Shown: positions 45,714 to 55,387 of the stretch, one piece after another
Position numbering within the stretch: position 1 is the stretch's first letter
Layout of the letters: every line of letters begins with the position of its first letter
Assembly: GCA_045532975.1 (NCBI GenBank)
Contig: JAZSGX010000067.1
Span: forward strand, 1 to 62,687
Source: Eubacteriales bacterium
GTDB lineage: Bacteria > Bacillota > Clostridia > Oscillospirales > CAG-272
DNA: 62,687 bases
Direction of reading: 5' to 3'
Program-made: the position numbers and the translations under genes
The notes under the pieces: model-generated
What the model was told of the DNA's origin: nothing
What the model saw: the letters and a program-made list of their open reading frames with translations, nothing else
Databases searched by the model: none

Positions 45714-48700
45714 TTATCTAATTCCGTAGTACTGTGCGAGCTTGTCAACGTCATCCTTGTCAAAGGCACCGTCGAAAATCATAAACTCGTCCACGGTTCC
45801 CGGCATTGCGTAGGAGTAGGTTCCTCTACCATCCTGACCGATGTTTAAGCTATACGCGGTGTCAACGGAATCCTCTTGGAGGCTTGCGGGAATATCTATC
45901 GTAAAAATGGTTTCAAAGTCTATACATACGCCAATTTTGTGGTTTGTACGGTCAACGAATACGATGAAGTGAACCCATCCGTCTTGATAGTCAGCGGGCA
46001 GTGATACCTCGCGGTCCACACGGTTGGAGCCGTCGCCAAAGTTGAACTTAACCTTTGTCTGGGTGAGTGAGAAGGCGATACCGTTATATTTGCCATTGTC
46101 CCAGTTTTTGTTTGAGAAAATACATGGGTCTGCATTGCTTGATGTTACACCGTCGGTATTTAACCAAAATGCAACGGTAAAGCTATCTGTTCCCTTGGCG
46201 AAGTTGTTAATTGAAGCGTATCCTTTATCAAGAACAATGCCTTGACCGAAGTAACCATCTTCGTAGTCGACGGTTTTGCCCACGCTTGTGTTTCCGCCAC
46301 AGGCGTCTGTAACATTACCGTCAAAGGTCAGATATGTGGAAAGGGTGTGGTCTGTTATGAATTTATCAACGTAGCCGTCGCTATCCTTTTCAGGGGTTGG
46401 CTCACTTGTGTGGTGACGTCCCGGTACGTTTGGACGTTCTTCAGCAATGATGCCTTCAAATAAGCCAGATGGAACTCTTGAGGTCCATTTGCTTGGCTGT
46501 TCAAAGTAACCAAGGGCGTGGAGAACAATGGAGGCAGTATCGCGGATTTCCATATCCTCAATGGTTGCATTTTGAACGTTTTTGCCGGTTGCTGCGAACA
46601 TAACGTATTTTTCAGCGTCAGTCAAGCCGCCGTGACTTGTGCCTGAGCCACCGTGGTCTGCGGTTACGATAAACAAGGTGTCGTCAATCGCACCGTTTGC
46701 CTCGTATGCCTCATAAATTCTTCCGATATAACTGTCAATTTCTGCTATCTTTGAAAGCTGTGTAGCGGAGCCGTAGCCGCTGCTGTGTCCTGCACCGTCT
46801 GCCTCGTCAAACTGAACGAACATAGCGGTTGGAGTGTTGCTTTCAAGATATGCAAGGATTTCTTCTGTCAACGCAGAGTCTGATGATTGGGTTGCCTTAT
46901 GCACGCCAATATCGTCCTCAATAATACCAACGTTGATTGGATTCCAGTTACAGAAGGAGGCAAGGACTGCATCCGGGTTATTTTCTCTTATAACACGGAA
47001 GAAGCTTGGATATTCGGAATTGCTTGGATATGCAGATGATACATTATCGTTTGTCAGGCCGTGTACTTGCGGAGTAACACCGTGTAAAAGTGAGCCCCAA
47101 CACTGAGCACTGATTGTAGGATTAGAGGTTAAGCAGTTATATGTTGTAGCACCGTTTGCAAAAATGCTGTCGATGTTCGGCGTTTGAGCATTTTGGAAGA
47201 ATGTGCCTGCACCGTCAACACCGATAATTACAACGTGCTGATATGCGTCGCTTGGGCTTGCAATTACCGTAACTGTAAATTTACCTGTAAAGCCCTTTGC
47301 GGTTGCAGTAACCTCAATACCTTTGTTTCTTGTAACACCTGTGAGAATGTAGTTATCAACGGAAACAACCGAGCTGTCAAAGCTATATGTCAGCTCTCTT
47401 TCGTGTCCGCGCACGGTAACTGTTTTTGGAAGCTCTATGGAATGTCCGATTTCTACGGTAATGTCATCAAGAGCAACGACTTCCTTGCTTGATATCTCGT
47501 CCAGTGTGTCTCCGTAGGAAGTGGAGGAATAGATTTCGCCCTCGCTTGGCTTGTCTCCTTGGAGATATTCGTATTCGGTAACACCGTTAAATTTAGTTGC
47601 AGTATAAGCGCCCATTACAAGCCCTGTATATTCGCGCTTTTCGGTTATGCCGATAACCTTCAACTCAAAAAGGTTGGCGGAATATTTTGTTATGTCGGCG
47701 CTTAAAACACCTGTTGCAGGCTTACCGTCTGCACCGAAAATGTCTTTTTTACCGATTACGTCCTTGAGAACTACAAAAATACCGTAGTTGATAGTCTTGT
47801 CTGAGATTTCCTCATATTTTGCAAGGGCTTCCTTGTTTACGGAGTAGCCTATTGCAAATGAGCCGCTTGCACCCTCAAAAACGGAATAACCGACAAAAGT
47901 AAACAGTGGCTCGAATACGCCCTTTGCCTCATATTCCTCACCGCAGATGGAGCAAAGGAAGTTACCGTTGCCTCTTTCGAGATAGCTTGTGTAGGACATT
48001 GAAAGCATGCCACCGTCGGTATTGTGGCCAAGGGCAGGATTTGCCTTTGAATACTCCTCGTCGATGTAGCTGATGTTTGTCTGTGTTTCATCGTCATATG
48101 TATAAACAACTTGAATTGCAGGGGAATCGCAATCAGCAGGAGTAACTATATTGAGCACACCGTTTCTTGCTGCGCTTTGTCTTTTTAAAACCACGGACTT
48201 GTAGGTGGAGTTAATAAGCGTAGCAAAGCCACCGCCCGAGGAGTCACCGTTCAAGTTGATGTCATTAAAGGAGCTGTTTGTCGCTATGATATGATTTGTG
48301 TCGCTGTCTGAATAATAATCGCCGATTACAGTATTGTTGATGTAAATATATTCCTTACCTATAAGAGAATCAGCATGCCAGCTATCAATATATAAACTCG
48401 CGATTCTGCTATTGTTGATATAGCTGTCCGCCAGAATGTTATTAATAGCTATTCTGTCCGCATAGGTATGGTCCATTTGGAAGGAAATATCTGATTTACC
48501 GGAGCTTTTGAAATGAATAGTCCTGCAGGTCCTATCCTTGTTGTTAAAGAAGCAGGTATCAAATTTAAGATTTGTGGTGCCTGAAGCATGGCCGTCCTTT
48601 TGGTAAATAAGCTCGTCTTCACTGACAACTATGGCGTTTTTGATGGTTAAATCTCCCTGTACAATATAAAATCCGATGTAACCACCATAATAGTCAACGC

Positions 48701-49211
48701 CGTTTGACATAGCTTTGGCATTTACCTTTGTCACGTCAAAGCCTTCTTGTACCTCTTCAATGGTCCTGTTACCAATCAAGGTAAGGCAAGCGCCTTGGTT
48801 GTTGATAAAAAAGCCTGCGTATCTGTTGTCATCGGGAATCCACCAATAGTGACCGTTAAAATAAACGTTCATTTTTACTGCCTTGTCAAGTCGGATGCCC
48901 GAGCCTGTGGGGTTGCTTGGGTTTGTGCCCATGCAGTAGCTTACGTTTTCTGCAAGAATCAAATTTAAGGTCTTGCCGTCAAATTGATTTACAAAATACG
49001 TAGAATCGGCTGCTGTTGAGTCGCTGTATGAGGAATAAAGCTTCTCGATACCGATAACGCTTTTGCCCTCATCCTTTAATGTGTTCGCAAGGTCTGATTC
49101 TTCACTTTGTACTACGTAATAGGTGTTTTCACCCTCTGCCGCCAACGATACAACAGAAAGGGCGAAAATTAAGGAAAGCACAAAAGTGAGAATTAAAAGT
49201 GTTCTTTTCAT
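45714..49211 (-). CDS. Large secreted multidomain protein: beta-helix-like region, Cys-motif plus 'GYS' domain, Ig-like, alkaline-phosphatase-superfamily phosphodiesterase, LamG-like (paralog 4)
   Basis: Signal peptide MKRTLLILTFVLSLIFALSVVSLAAE. CSICG...PLFTFVGYS...NYGIFVVL. VIIGVDGAG...DEADGAGHSSG...VTADHGG. C-terminus FTVAFWLN...DEFMIFD. Confidence 0.8.
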   Translation of the reverse strand: MKRTLLILTFVLSLIFALSVVSLAAEGENTYYVVQSEESDLANTLKDEGKSVIGIEKLYSSYSDSTAADSTYFVNQFDGKTLNLILAENVSYCMGTNPSNPTGSGIRLDKAVKMNVYFNGHYWWIPDDNRYAGFFINNQGACLTLIGNRTIEEVQEGFDVTKVNAKAMSNGVDYYGGYIGFYIVQGDLTIKNAIVVSEDELIYQKDGHASGTTNLKFDTCFFNNKDRTCRTIHFKSSGKSDISFQMDHTYADRIAINNILADSYINNSRIASLYIDSWHADSLIGKEYIYINNTVIGDYYSDSDTNHIIATNSSFNDINLNGDSSGGGFATLINSTYKSVVLKRQSAARNGVLNIVTPADCDSPAIQVVYTYDDETQTNISYIDEEYSKANPALGHNTDGGMLSMSYTSYLERGNGNFLCSICGEEYEAKGVFEPLFTFVGYSVFEGASGSFAIGYSVNKEALAKYEEISDKTINYGIFVVLKDVIGKKDIFGADGKPATGVLSADITKYSANLFELKVIGITEKREYTGLVMGAYTATKFNGVTEYEYLQGDKPSEGEIYSSTSYGDTLDEISSKEVVALDDITVEIGHSIELPKTVTVRGHERELTYSFDSSVVSVDNYILTGVTRNKGIEVTATAKGFTGKFTVTVIASPSDAYQHVVIIGVDGAGTFFQNAQTPNIDSIFANGATTYNCLTSNPTISAQCWGSLLHGVTPQVHGLTNDNVSSAYPSNSEYPSFFRVIRENNPDAVLASFCNWNPINVGIIEDDIGVHKATQSSDSALTEEILAYLESNTPTAMFVQFDEADGAGHSSGYGSATQLSKIAEIDSYIGRIYEAYEANGAIDDTLFIVTADHGGSGTSHGGLTDAEKYVMFAATGKNVQNATIEDMEIRDTASIVLHALGYFEQPSKWTSRVPSGLFEGIIAEERPNVPGRHHTSEPTPEKDSDGYVDKFITDHTLSTYLTFDGNVTDACGGNTSVGKTVDYEDGYFGQGIVLDKGYASINNFAKGTDSFTVAFWLNTDGVTSSNADPCIFSNKNWDNGKYNGIAFSLTQTKVKFNFGDGSNRVDREVSLPADYQDGWVHFIVFVDRTNHKIGVCIDFETIFTIDIPASLQEDSVDTAYSLNIGQDGRGTYSYAMPGTVDEFMIFDGAFDKDDVDKLAQYYGIR

Positions 49212-49519
49212 AAGGTTTCTCCTTTCAAGGTATAACTCCTTCAAATAAAGTTATATTTAATAATTTAATTGTACAACATTATGAAAGAGTTTACAAGTGT
49301 ATAAACACATTTTCTGCGTTTTGACTAAAAATTGTTGCTTTTTTTGTTGAGGCCTACAAAAAATATGTTGCAATTTCAACAATTTTATGACGTTGGCGGT
49401 GGCTATCTGAGCTGTCGAATTTTGATGTGAGCATTAGCACATAAAAATAAACGCTTGTCAAATTAATGGAACGATACGCAGAAAAAGGTGGGGCTTATGT
49501 TAGCGTTTGCATTAAAAAC

Positions 49520-49552
49520 AAAAAACAGGAATTGCCAAAATTCCTGTTTTTT
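49520..49552. terminator. Terminator
   Basis: AAAAAACAGGAAT-tgccaaa-ATTCCTGTTTTTT. Confidence 0.8.
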
Positions 49553-49645
49553 AGGCTGATAGTTTGTTTTTTGTCAGGCGAAGTTCCGCTGGTGACAAAT
49601 CGAATAGCGCGGTTAAACAGTAAAAGCGGTGGATGAGGTGCAGAG

Positions 49646-50362
49646 CTACTTTTTGTCGGGAGATGTACCGCTTGTCAGGAAACGGATTGCACGGTCAACT
49701 GCGTCCTTTGAGTCATACCAAGGCTCTGAGTCGTAGCGGTAGTCGAACTTTTTGCAATACCAGGAAACGTCCTTGATTAGCTTGTCAAAGTATGCGTTTT
49801 CTATCTTTGAAATGTCCTCAAAGAAATCGCCGAACTTTCTCTTGTCAAGCTTTCTTTTTGCGTTTTCCATAAGCATTTGATAGTGGGGCAGGCAAAAATA
49901 TTTTTGCGCTCTTAATTTTTCTCTGAAGCGGGAGTCGGTGCCGTAGAGGAAAACTGTATTTTCTATTATGCGGCTATAATGGTTGTCCAAAATTTCGCAT
50001 ATATAACAGGAGTCTCCCTTGTCCTTTGCCGCCTTTTGATGGTTGCGGAATTTGCCACCGAAAAGGTTGGAAACAAAATTGCCGTCAAATTTTTCCTTTA
50101 AGGTCATTAGATGGCTCTCCAAAACCAGGGCTAAGGAAAGGCTGTTATTTTGCTCGGTCATCATCTTGAAATGGTGGTGGCAAAAGCCCTTTTCGTTAGT
50201 TATCATTCTGTTTGAAGGCTCCATCATAGCAGGACCTAACGCCATTTCAACCTCTTTTTTCTCCATTTTGTCGAAAAGCTTACAGATAGGGCAGTCGCAA
50301 TTGCCCTCCTCCATACCCTTTTCAAAGACTTCATTTATGGGAATAGTATATATTTGTTCCAT
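49646..50362 (-). CDS. Cys-rich hypothetical protein (DUF6062-like)
   Basis: CDCPIC...FCHHH...CYIC...FCLPH pattern. AAGGAG RBS. Confidence 0.55.
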   Translation of the reverse strand: MEQIYTIPINEVFEKGMEEGNCDCPICKLFDKMEKKEVEMALGPAMMEPSNRMITNEKGFCHHHFKMMTEQNNSLSLALVLESHLMTLKEKFDGNFVSNLFGGKFRNHQKAAKDKGDSCYICEILDNHYSRIIENTVFLYGTDSRFREKLRAQKYFCLPHYQMLMENAKRKLDKRKFGDFFEDISKIENAYFDKLIKDVSWYCKKFDYRYDSEPWYDSKDAVDRAIRFLTSGTSPDKK

Positions 50363-50452
50363 ATTTTTCTCCTTAGCGGTTATTGACTTATACTAATTAT
50401 ACGGTTATAATAAAGTTATTGCAAGACTTATTTTGTAAATTCGGGAGGAATT

Positions 50453-51337
50453 ATGGAAAAAGTTATTCCCTTTACCCTTGAAAACGGAGTTTGTGGGGTT
50501 AAAATTGAAAGTGCGCCGCGTATTGATATTTTTAAAACCTTTGACTGTGGGCAATGCTTCCGCTTTGACCCCGTGTCAGTTTTTGGAAATAAATATGAGT
50601 ATGGTGGGGTTGCCTTTGGCAGATACGTTGTTTTCGGTCAAGACAAATTAGACGAGCTATACATATATAACGCAACTAAAGAAGATTACGAGAAAATTTG
50701 GCGTGGCTTTTTAGCCTTTGACGTTGACTATTTAGAGATTGACAGTCATATATCTTGTGCGCTGAAAAGTGAGCATATGGACAAGGCGATTGAATGCTCA
50801 AAGGGTATCAGAATTTTGCGTCAGGACGGCTGGGAGGCGGTTTGCTCCTTTATAATTTCTCAAAACAACAACATACCGAGAATTAAGAAGATTATTTCCG
50901 CTTTATGCCAAAATTACGGGGGGAGTGTCTGTTTTTTAGGGAAAACATATTATACGTTCCCAAACAGTGAAACGCTTTTAGAGGCGGGGGAGGGTGCGAT
51001 TTTTGCCCTTAAAACAGGCTTCCGCGCAAAATATATAATAGATGCCTGTCAAGGCATTTCGGAAAAGCGAATTTCCCTTGAAAATATACGGAAAAACGAG
51101 AATTTTGAGGAGTGCGTAAACGAGCTTTGCAAAATTAAGGGCATTGGCTTAAAGGTGGCATCCTGCGCTTTGCTTTTTGGATTTGACAAAACCGAGGCTT
51201 TTCCTGTTGACGTGTGGATGAAGCGCGCCCTTGAAAAATACTTCCCACAGGGCATTGACTTAAAGGGGCTTGGCAAATGGGCGGGAATTGCACAGCAATA
51301 CCTGTTTTATTACGAAAAGTACATCCAAAACCCTTGA
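50453..51337 (+). CDS. ogg: 8-oxoguanine DNA glycosylase/AP lyase (HhH-GPD)
   Basis: FDCGQCFRF N-terminal motif. HhH IKGIGLKVASCALLFG and FPVDVW. Confidence 0.8.
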   Translation: MEKVIPFTLENGVCGVKIESAPRIDIFKTFDCGQCFRFDPVSVFGNKYEYGGVAFGRYVVFGQDKLDELYIYNATKEDYEKIWRGFLAFDVDYLEIDSHISCALKSEHMDKAIECSKGIRILRQDGWEAVCSFIISQNNNIPRIKKIISALCQNYGGSVCFLGKTYYTFPNSETLLEAGEGAIFALKTGFRAKYIIDACQGISEKRISLENIRKNENFEECVNELCKIKGIGLKVASCALLFGFDKTEAFPVDVWMKRALEKYFPQGIDLKGLGKWAGIAQQYLFYYEKYIQNP

Positions 51338-51396
51338 CTATGGGCAAATAATGGTATATAATCAAAGTGCAAAATCATTTTAATGAGGTAAAAGAT

Positions 51397-52422
51397 ATGA
51401 AAACAGTATGCTTCGGCGAAATTATGTTAAGATTAAATCCAGCAGGCTACACAAGATTTGTGCAGACCGACAATTTTGGCGCAACCTATGGCGGCGGTGA
51501 GGCAAACGTTGCAGTTTCCTTGGCTAACTACGGTATTGACGCGTCCTACGTTACAAAGCTTCCTAAGCACGAAATAGGTCAAGCGGCTGTAAATTCCTTG
51601 AGAAGATACGGTGTTGACACATCCGATATTGTAAGAGGTGGCGAAAGAGTTGGTATTTACTACCTTGAAACAGGCGCATCTCAGCGTCCTTCAAAGGTTA
51701 TTTATGACAGAGCCTACTCAGCTATTGCAATGGCAAAGAGAGAGGACTTTGATTGGGATAAAATTCTCGACGGTGCTAATTGGTTCCACTTTACAGGTAT
51801 TACTCCAGCCTTGGGCGGTGAAATGCCAGAGGTTTGCTTGGATGCCTTGAAGGCTTGCCGTGCTAAGGGCATTACAACAAGCTGCGACCTTAACTTTAGA
51901 AAAAACCTTTGGACAAGCGAAATGGCTGGCAAGGTTATGGGCGAGCTTATGTCTTACGTTGACGTTTGCATTGCTAACGAGGAGGATGCTGAAAAGGTAT
52001 TCGGTATCAAGGCAGAGAATACAGACGTTGATGCAGGTGTTGTAAATCACGAGGGCTACAAGAGCGTTGCAAAGCAGCTTAGCGACCGCTTTGGCTGTAA
52101 GAGAGTTGCTATTACGCTCCGTACAAGCATTTCCGCAAATGACAACATCTGGGCAGCTATGCTTTATGACAAGGCAGAGAATGAGTATTACTTCTCACGC
52201 TCATACAACATACATATTGTTGACCGTGTTGGCGGTGGAGACTCCTTTGGCGGCGGCTTGATTTACGCTTCCTTGATGAACAAGTCATCCCAGGATGTTA
52301 TTGAGTTTGCAGTTGCGGCTTCTTGCTTGAAGCACACCATTCTTGGCGACTACAACCTTGTTTCTGTTGCAGAGGTTGAAGGCCTCATCAAGGGTGGCGG
52401 AAGCGGACGTGTGCAAAGATAA
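51397..52422 (+). CDS. kdgK: PfkB-family sugar kinase, 2-dehydro-3-deoxygluconokinase-like
   Basis: GGGEANVAV near the N-terminus and DRVGGGDSFGGG near the C-terminus. Confidence 0.8.
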   Translation: MKTVCFGEIMLRLNPAGYTRFVQTDNFGATYGGGEANVAVSLANYGIDASYVTKLPKHEIGQAAVNSLRRYGVDTSDIVRGGERVGIYYLETGASQRPSKVIYDRAYSAIAMAKREDFDWDKILDGANWFHFTGITPALGGEMPEVCLDALKACRAKGITTSCDLNFRKNLWTSEMAGKVMGELMSYVDVCIANEEDAEKVFGIKAENTDVDAGVVNHEGYKSVAKQLSDRFGCKRVAITLRTSISANDNIWAAMLYDKAENEYYFSRSYNIHIVDRVGGGDSFGGGLIYASLMNKSSQDVIEFAVAASCLKHTILGDYNLVSVAEVEGLIKGGGSGRVQR

Positions 52423-52433
52423 TTTACAAAAGA

Positions 52434-52471
52434 AAATAGGTGTACTGATTTTGTCGGTACACCTATTTTTT
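52434..52471. terminator. Bidirectional terminator
   Basis: AAAATAGGTGTAC-tgattttgtcg-GTACACCTATTTTTT. Confidence 0.8.
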
Positions 52472-52762
52472 ATTGTTGATAGAAGTAAGGTCGGTTGCAA
52501 TGAGACGAAGGTGTGCGATTTGGCTTTCTGTTAAGCCCGTACAGTCAAGTGTCTTTGTTGATTCTCTGCCTAAAAGATAGTCAGTTGAAACCTTAAAAAA
52601 GTCCGCAATTTTTATAAGCATTTCAATAGACGGCAGAACATTGTCATTTTCCCAATTGGAGACGCATTGCTTGGTTACGTTCATTTCACGGGCAAATTCT
52701 ACTTGGCTTATTCCGTGCTTTTGTCTTAATTTGCGTATGTTTTCATGCAATAGGCAACTCAT
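52463..52762 (-). CDS. XRE-family HTH transcriptional regulator
   Basis: NIRKLRQKHGISQVEFAREMNVTKQCVSNWEN. Confidence 0.85.
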   Translation of the reverse strand: MSCLLHENIRKLRQKHGISQVEFAREMNVTKQCVSNWENDNVLPSIEMLIKIADFFKVSTDYLLGRESTKTLDCTGLTESQIAHLRLIATDLTSINNKK

Positions 52763-52875
52763 TTTTATGCTCCTTGAGTCAATTTTTACAATACAATTAT
52801 ATAACTTATTCTTGACAATTATAAAATACTATAGTATACTAAAAATGGACTTTGTAAGCTTGAAGGAGGAAAAAT

Positions 52876-55284
52876 ATGAATTGTCCAAAATGTAATGAAC
52901 AAATAAACGGTAGATTTTGTCCCGAGTGTGGGTATGATACGTCTATCAAAAAGCAATGTCCTGCCTGTGGAGCGGAAATAAGCGGCAGATTTTGCGAAAG
53001 CTGTGGCTATGATGGCACAAAGAAAAATAAAAAAGGCCCGTTTATTAAAAGGCACAAAATAGCGTGTGTGATTGCCGTGCTGCTGGTTCTTTGTATGGCG
53101 GCAGCTGTTCCGTTCGTTATGAATATGATGAATAACTACAGAGCAGACGTTATTATGGAAATTGGAGTAGGCTATAACAAGGCACAGGTCGAGAATTTAC
53201 TTGGAAAGCCGGACAAGGAAACTAAATTCGAGTGGGTTTATGTTGACAATGACAATTTGAAGGAAGTAGAAAAGCTTGGCGAGGAAGCAATGGAGGCATT
53301 AATGTATGGAGAGCTTGAAAGAGCTGAGGCATTGATGGAAGAATATGAGGAAAAGTGTCTTCGCTACGGGAACGAGCCGTTTGCTTGCGTTGAGATTAGA
53401 TTTGACGAGGAAGAAAAGGTAGACTCGGTATTGTTCAATCCAAATAAAAGCTATGGTAAGGAATATAAGCCTACCGGGGTTACAAGGGCGGAGCTCGGTT
53501 CCAGGTGTAGTGTAGAGGCGATTATGATTATTGACAACGGGGAAACTGAAATTGTGCCTGTGGGAATATATGAGGATCCCTCAGTTGGTGGTGGTAGAGG
53601 CGGCTACAGTGTTGAATACTCGGATGGCGGATGCTATTGCGGACATATAGACAGTGCGGCCTTTAATGCGGAAAAAACGGTAATTATAGAGCATTCATCT
53701 GAATTTGGTATGTATTCTTGGCAAAGTGCGGCGTGGATTGACAGCTATTCAAAATTGGAGTGCGTAGACGAAAGCTATGGCAGCGTTTTGTTTGTTGCAA
53801 AAATTATAGACGGAGTTTTGATGGGCTATTATGTTCGCTCAAGTGACAATTCGGTTATAATACCCGATATTGTTACAGCTATAGGTGATGGAGCGTTTAA
53901 GGATCGAGATGAACTTATAGGTGTAACGATTCCTGATAGCGTAATCAGCATAGGTGACGGAGCATTTGAAGATTGCGAAAATCTTAAAAGTATAACAATT
54001 CCTGATAGTGTAATCAGCATAGGCGATGGAGCTTTTTATAATTGTCCGAGTCTTGAAAGCAATGAATATGAAGGCGGGTGCTATTTGGGAAGCGAAGAAA
54101 ATCCATACTTGATTTTGTATGAAATAAATGATAAAGAAGCAACAAGCTTTGAAATTAATCAAGACACAAGATTTATTGGTGAAGATGCTTTCCATCGTTG
54201 CGACGACTTGGAAAGCATAACCATCCCCAGCGGTGTTACCAAAATAGGCGATGGAGTATTTTGTGGTCTTAGCGGTCTTAAAAGCATTTTTGTAGAGGAA
54301 GAAAACGAAAGCTACAAGTCAATTGACGGAAGCTTGTATACGAAGGATGGAAAAACTCTTATCACGTATGCTGCGGGAAGGAAGGAAAGCTCCTTTACAA
54401 TACCTGACTGCGTAACAGATATAGACGATTTTGCGTTTTTAGGTTGCTCTAAATTAACAAATATTGTAATACCAAATAGTGTAACAAGAATAGGCGAAAC
54501 ATTTGACGGATGCCAGGAGCTTATGTTTAACGAATATGAAAACGGGCTTTATTTGGGAAATGATGAAAATCCATATTTAGCTTTCGTTCGTGCAAATGAA
54601 GAAGAAATCACGAGCATTAAATTTGGTGAGAGCACAAGAATAATTTGCAAATCAGCATTGATGTGGCAATCTGAACTTACAAGTGTAATAATTCCTGAAA
54701 CCGTAATTAGTATAAGCGATGAAGCGTTCAGTGGCTGCTTCGGTCTTGCAAACATTACGATTCCTAACAGCGTAATCAGCATAGGTGACCGAGCATTTGG
54801 AAATTGCGAAAATCTTAAAAGTGTAACAATTCCAAATAGCGTGACAAGTATAGGCAATGAAGCGTTCAGCGGTTCTGGTCTTGCAAGCATTACTATTTCC
54901 GACAGTGTAATCAGTATAGGTGACAGAGCGTTTAGCTGGTGTAACAGCCTTGTAAGTATAACGATTCCTGACAGTGTAACAAGCATTGGGGCTGAAGCAT
55001 TTATCCGGTGTGACGCTCTTAAGAGCGTGATAATAGGCAATGGCGTAACAAAAATAGGCGATGAAGCGTTTAGTATGTGTGAAGCTCTTGAAAGTGTGAC
55101 AATAGGCAGTGGTGTGACAAGAATAGGCCGTGGTGTCCTTGGTGATTGCCGTAGCCTGACCAGTGTGACATTTAAGAATACAACGGGCTGGAAATACAAT
55201 GGAATAGCTGTTGAGGTTACGGATTCAAGTGAAAACGCAAAGAATTTTTGCGATTGTTGGAATTTATGGACGAGAAACCCATAA
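52876..55284 (+). CDS. Double zinc-ribbon, single-TM, BspA-type LRR protein
   Basis: CPKCNEQINGRFCPECG and CPACGAEISGRFCESCG, a TM segment at about aa 62-84, then at least 15 units of IPDSVISIGDGAF..C..L. Confidence 0.8.
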   Translation: MNCPKCNEQINGRFCPECGYDTSIKKQCPACGAEISGRFCESCGYDGTKKNKKGPFIKRHKIACVIAVLLVLCMAAAVPFVMNMMNNYRADVIMEIGVGYNKAQVENLLGKPDKETKFEWVYVDNDNLKEVEKLGEEAMEALMYGELERAEALMEEYEEKCLRYGNEPFACVEIRFDEEEKVDSVLFNPNKSYGKEYKPTGVTRAELGSRCSVEAIMIIDNGETEIVPVGIYEDPSVGGGRGGYSVEYSDGGCYCGHIDSAAFNAEKTVIIEHSSEFGMYSWQSAAWIDSYSKLECVDESYGSVLFVAKIIDGVLMGYYVRSSDNSVIIPDIVTAIGDGAFKDRDELIGVTIPDSVISIGDGAFEDCENLKSITIPDSVISIGDGAFYNCPSLESNEYEGGCYLGSEENPYLILYEINDKEATSFEINQDTRFIGEDAFHRCDDLESITIPSGVTKIGDGVFCGLSGLKSIFVEEENESYKSIDGSLYTKDGKTLITYAAGRKESSFTIPDCVTDIDDFAFLGCSKLTNIVIPNSVTRIGETFDGCQELMFNEYENGLYLGNDENPYLAFVRANEEEITSIKFGESTRIICKSALMWQSELTSVIIPETVISISDEAFSGCFGLANITIPNSVISIGDRAFGNCENLKSVTIPNSVTSIGNEAFSGSGLASITISDSVISIGDRAFSWCNSLVSITIPDSVTSIGAEAFIRCDALKSVIIGNGVTKIGDEAFSMCEALESVTIGSGVTRIGRGVLGDCRSLTSVTFKNTTGWKYNGIAVEVTDSSENAKNFCDCWNLWTRNP

Positions 55285-55346
55285 TGATGTTTGTTAGCGT
55301 AATAAGAAAAATAGCTAGCCCACATCGTAAATTTGATTATATAAAA

Positions 55347-55384
55347 TACGGCTATTCCCGCTCGTTTCTCGGGAATAGCCGTAA
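55347..55384. terminator. Bidirectional terminator
   Basis: ACGGCTATTCCCG-ctcgtttct-CGGGAATAGCCGT. Confidence 0.75.
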
Positions 55385-55387
55385 ATT

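Noticed and set aside
49496-49555. 19-aa ORF (MLAFALKTKNRNCQNSCFLG) with a good AAGGTGGGG RBS
   Set aside because: Its 3' half is the terminator hairpin itself, there is no convincing promoter, and it is too short to support without conservation data.
53880-55100. Regularly spaced near-identical units of about 69 bp, considered as a CRISPR array or satellite
   Set aside because: The units are in frame within a single long ORF and encode canonical 23-aa BspA-type LRRs. There are no unique spacers between constant repeats, no leader and no cas genes.
54549-55325. 258-aa antisense ORF within the LRR gene, plus 53829-54195 antisense ORFs
   Set aside because: These are antisense shadows of the repetitive LRR coding sequence. 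The periodic translation mirrors the sense-strand repeats.
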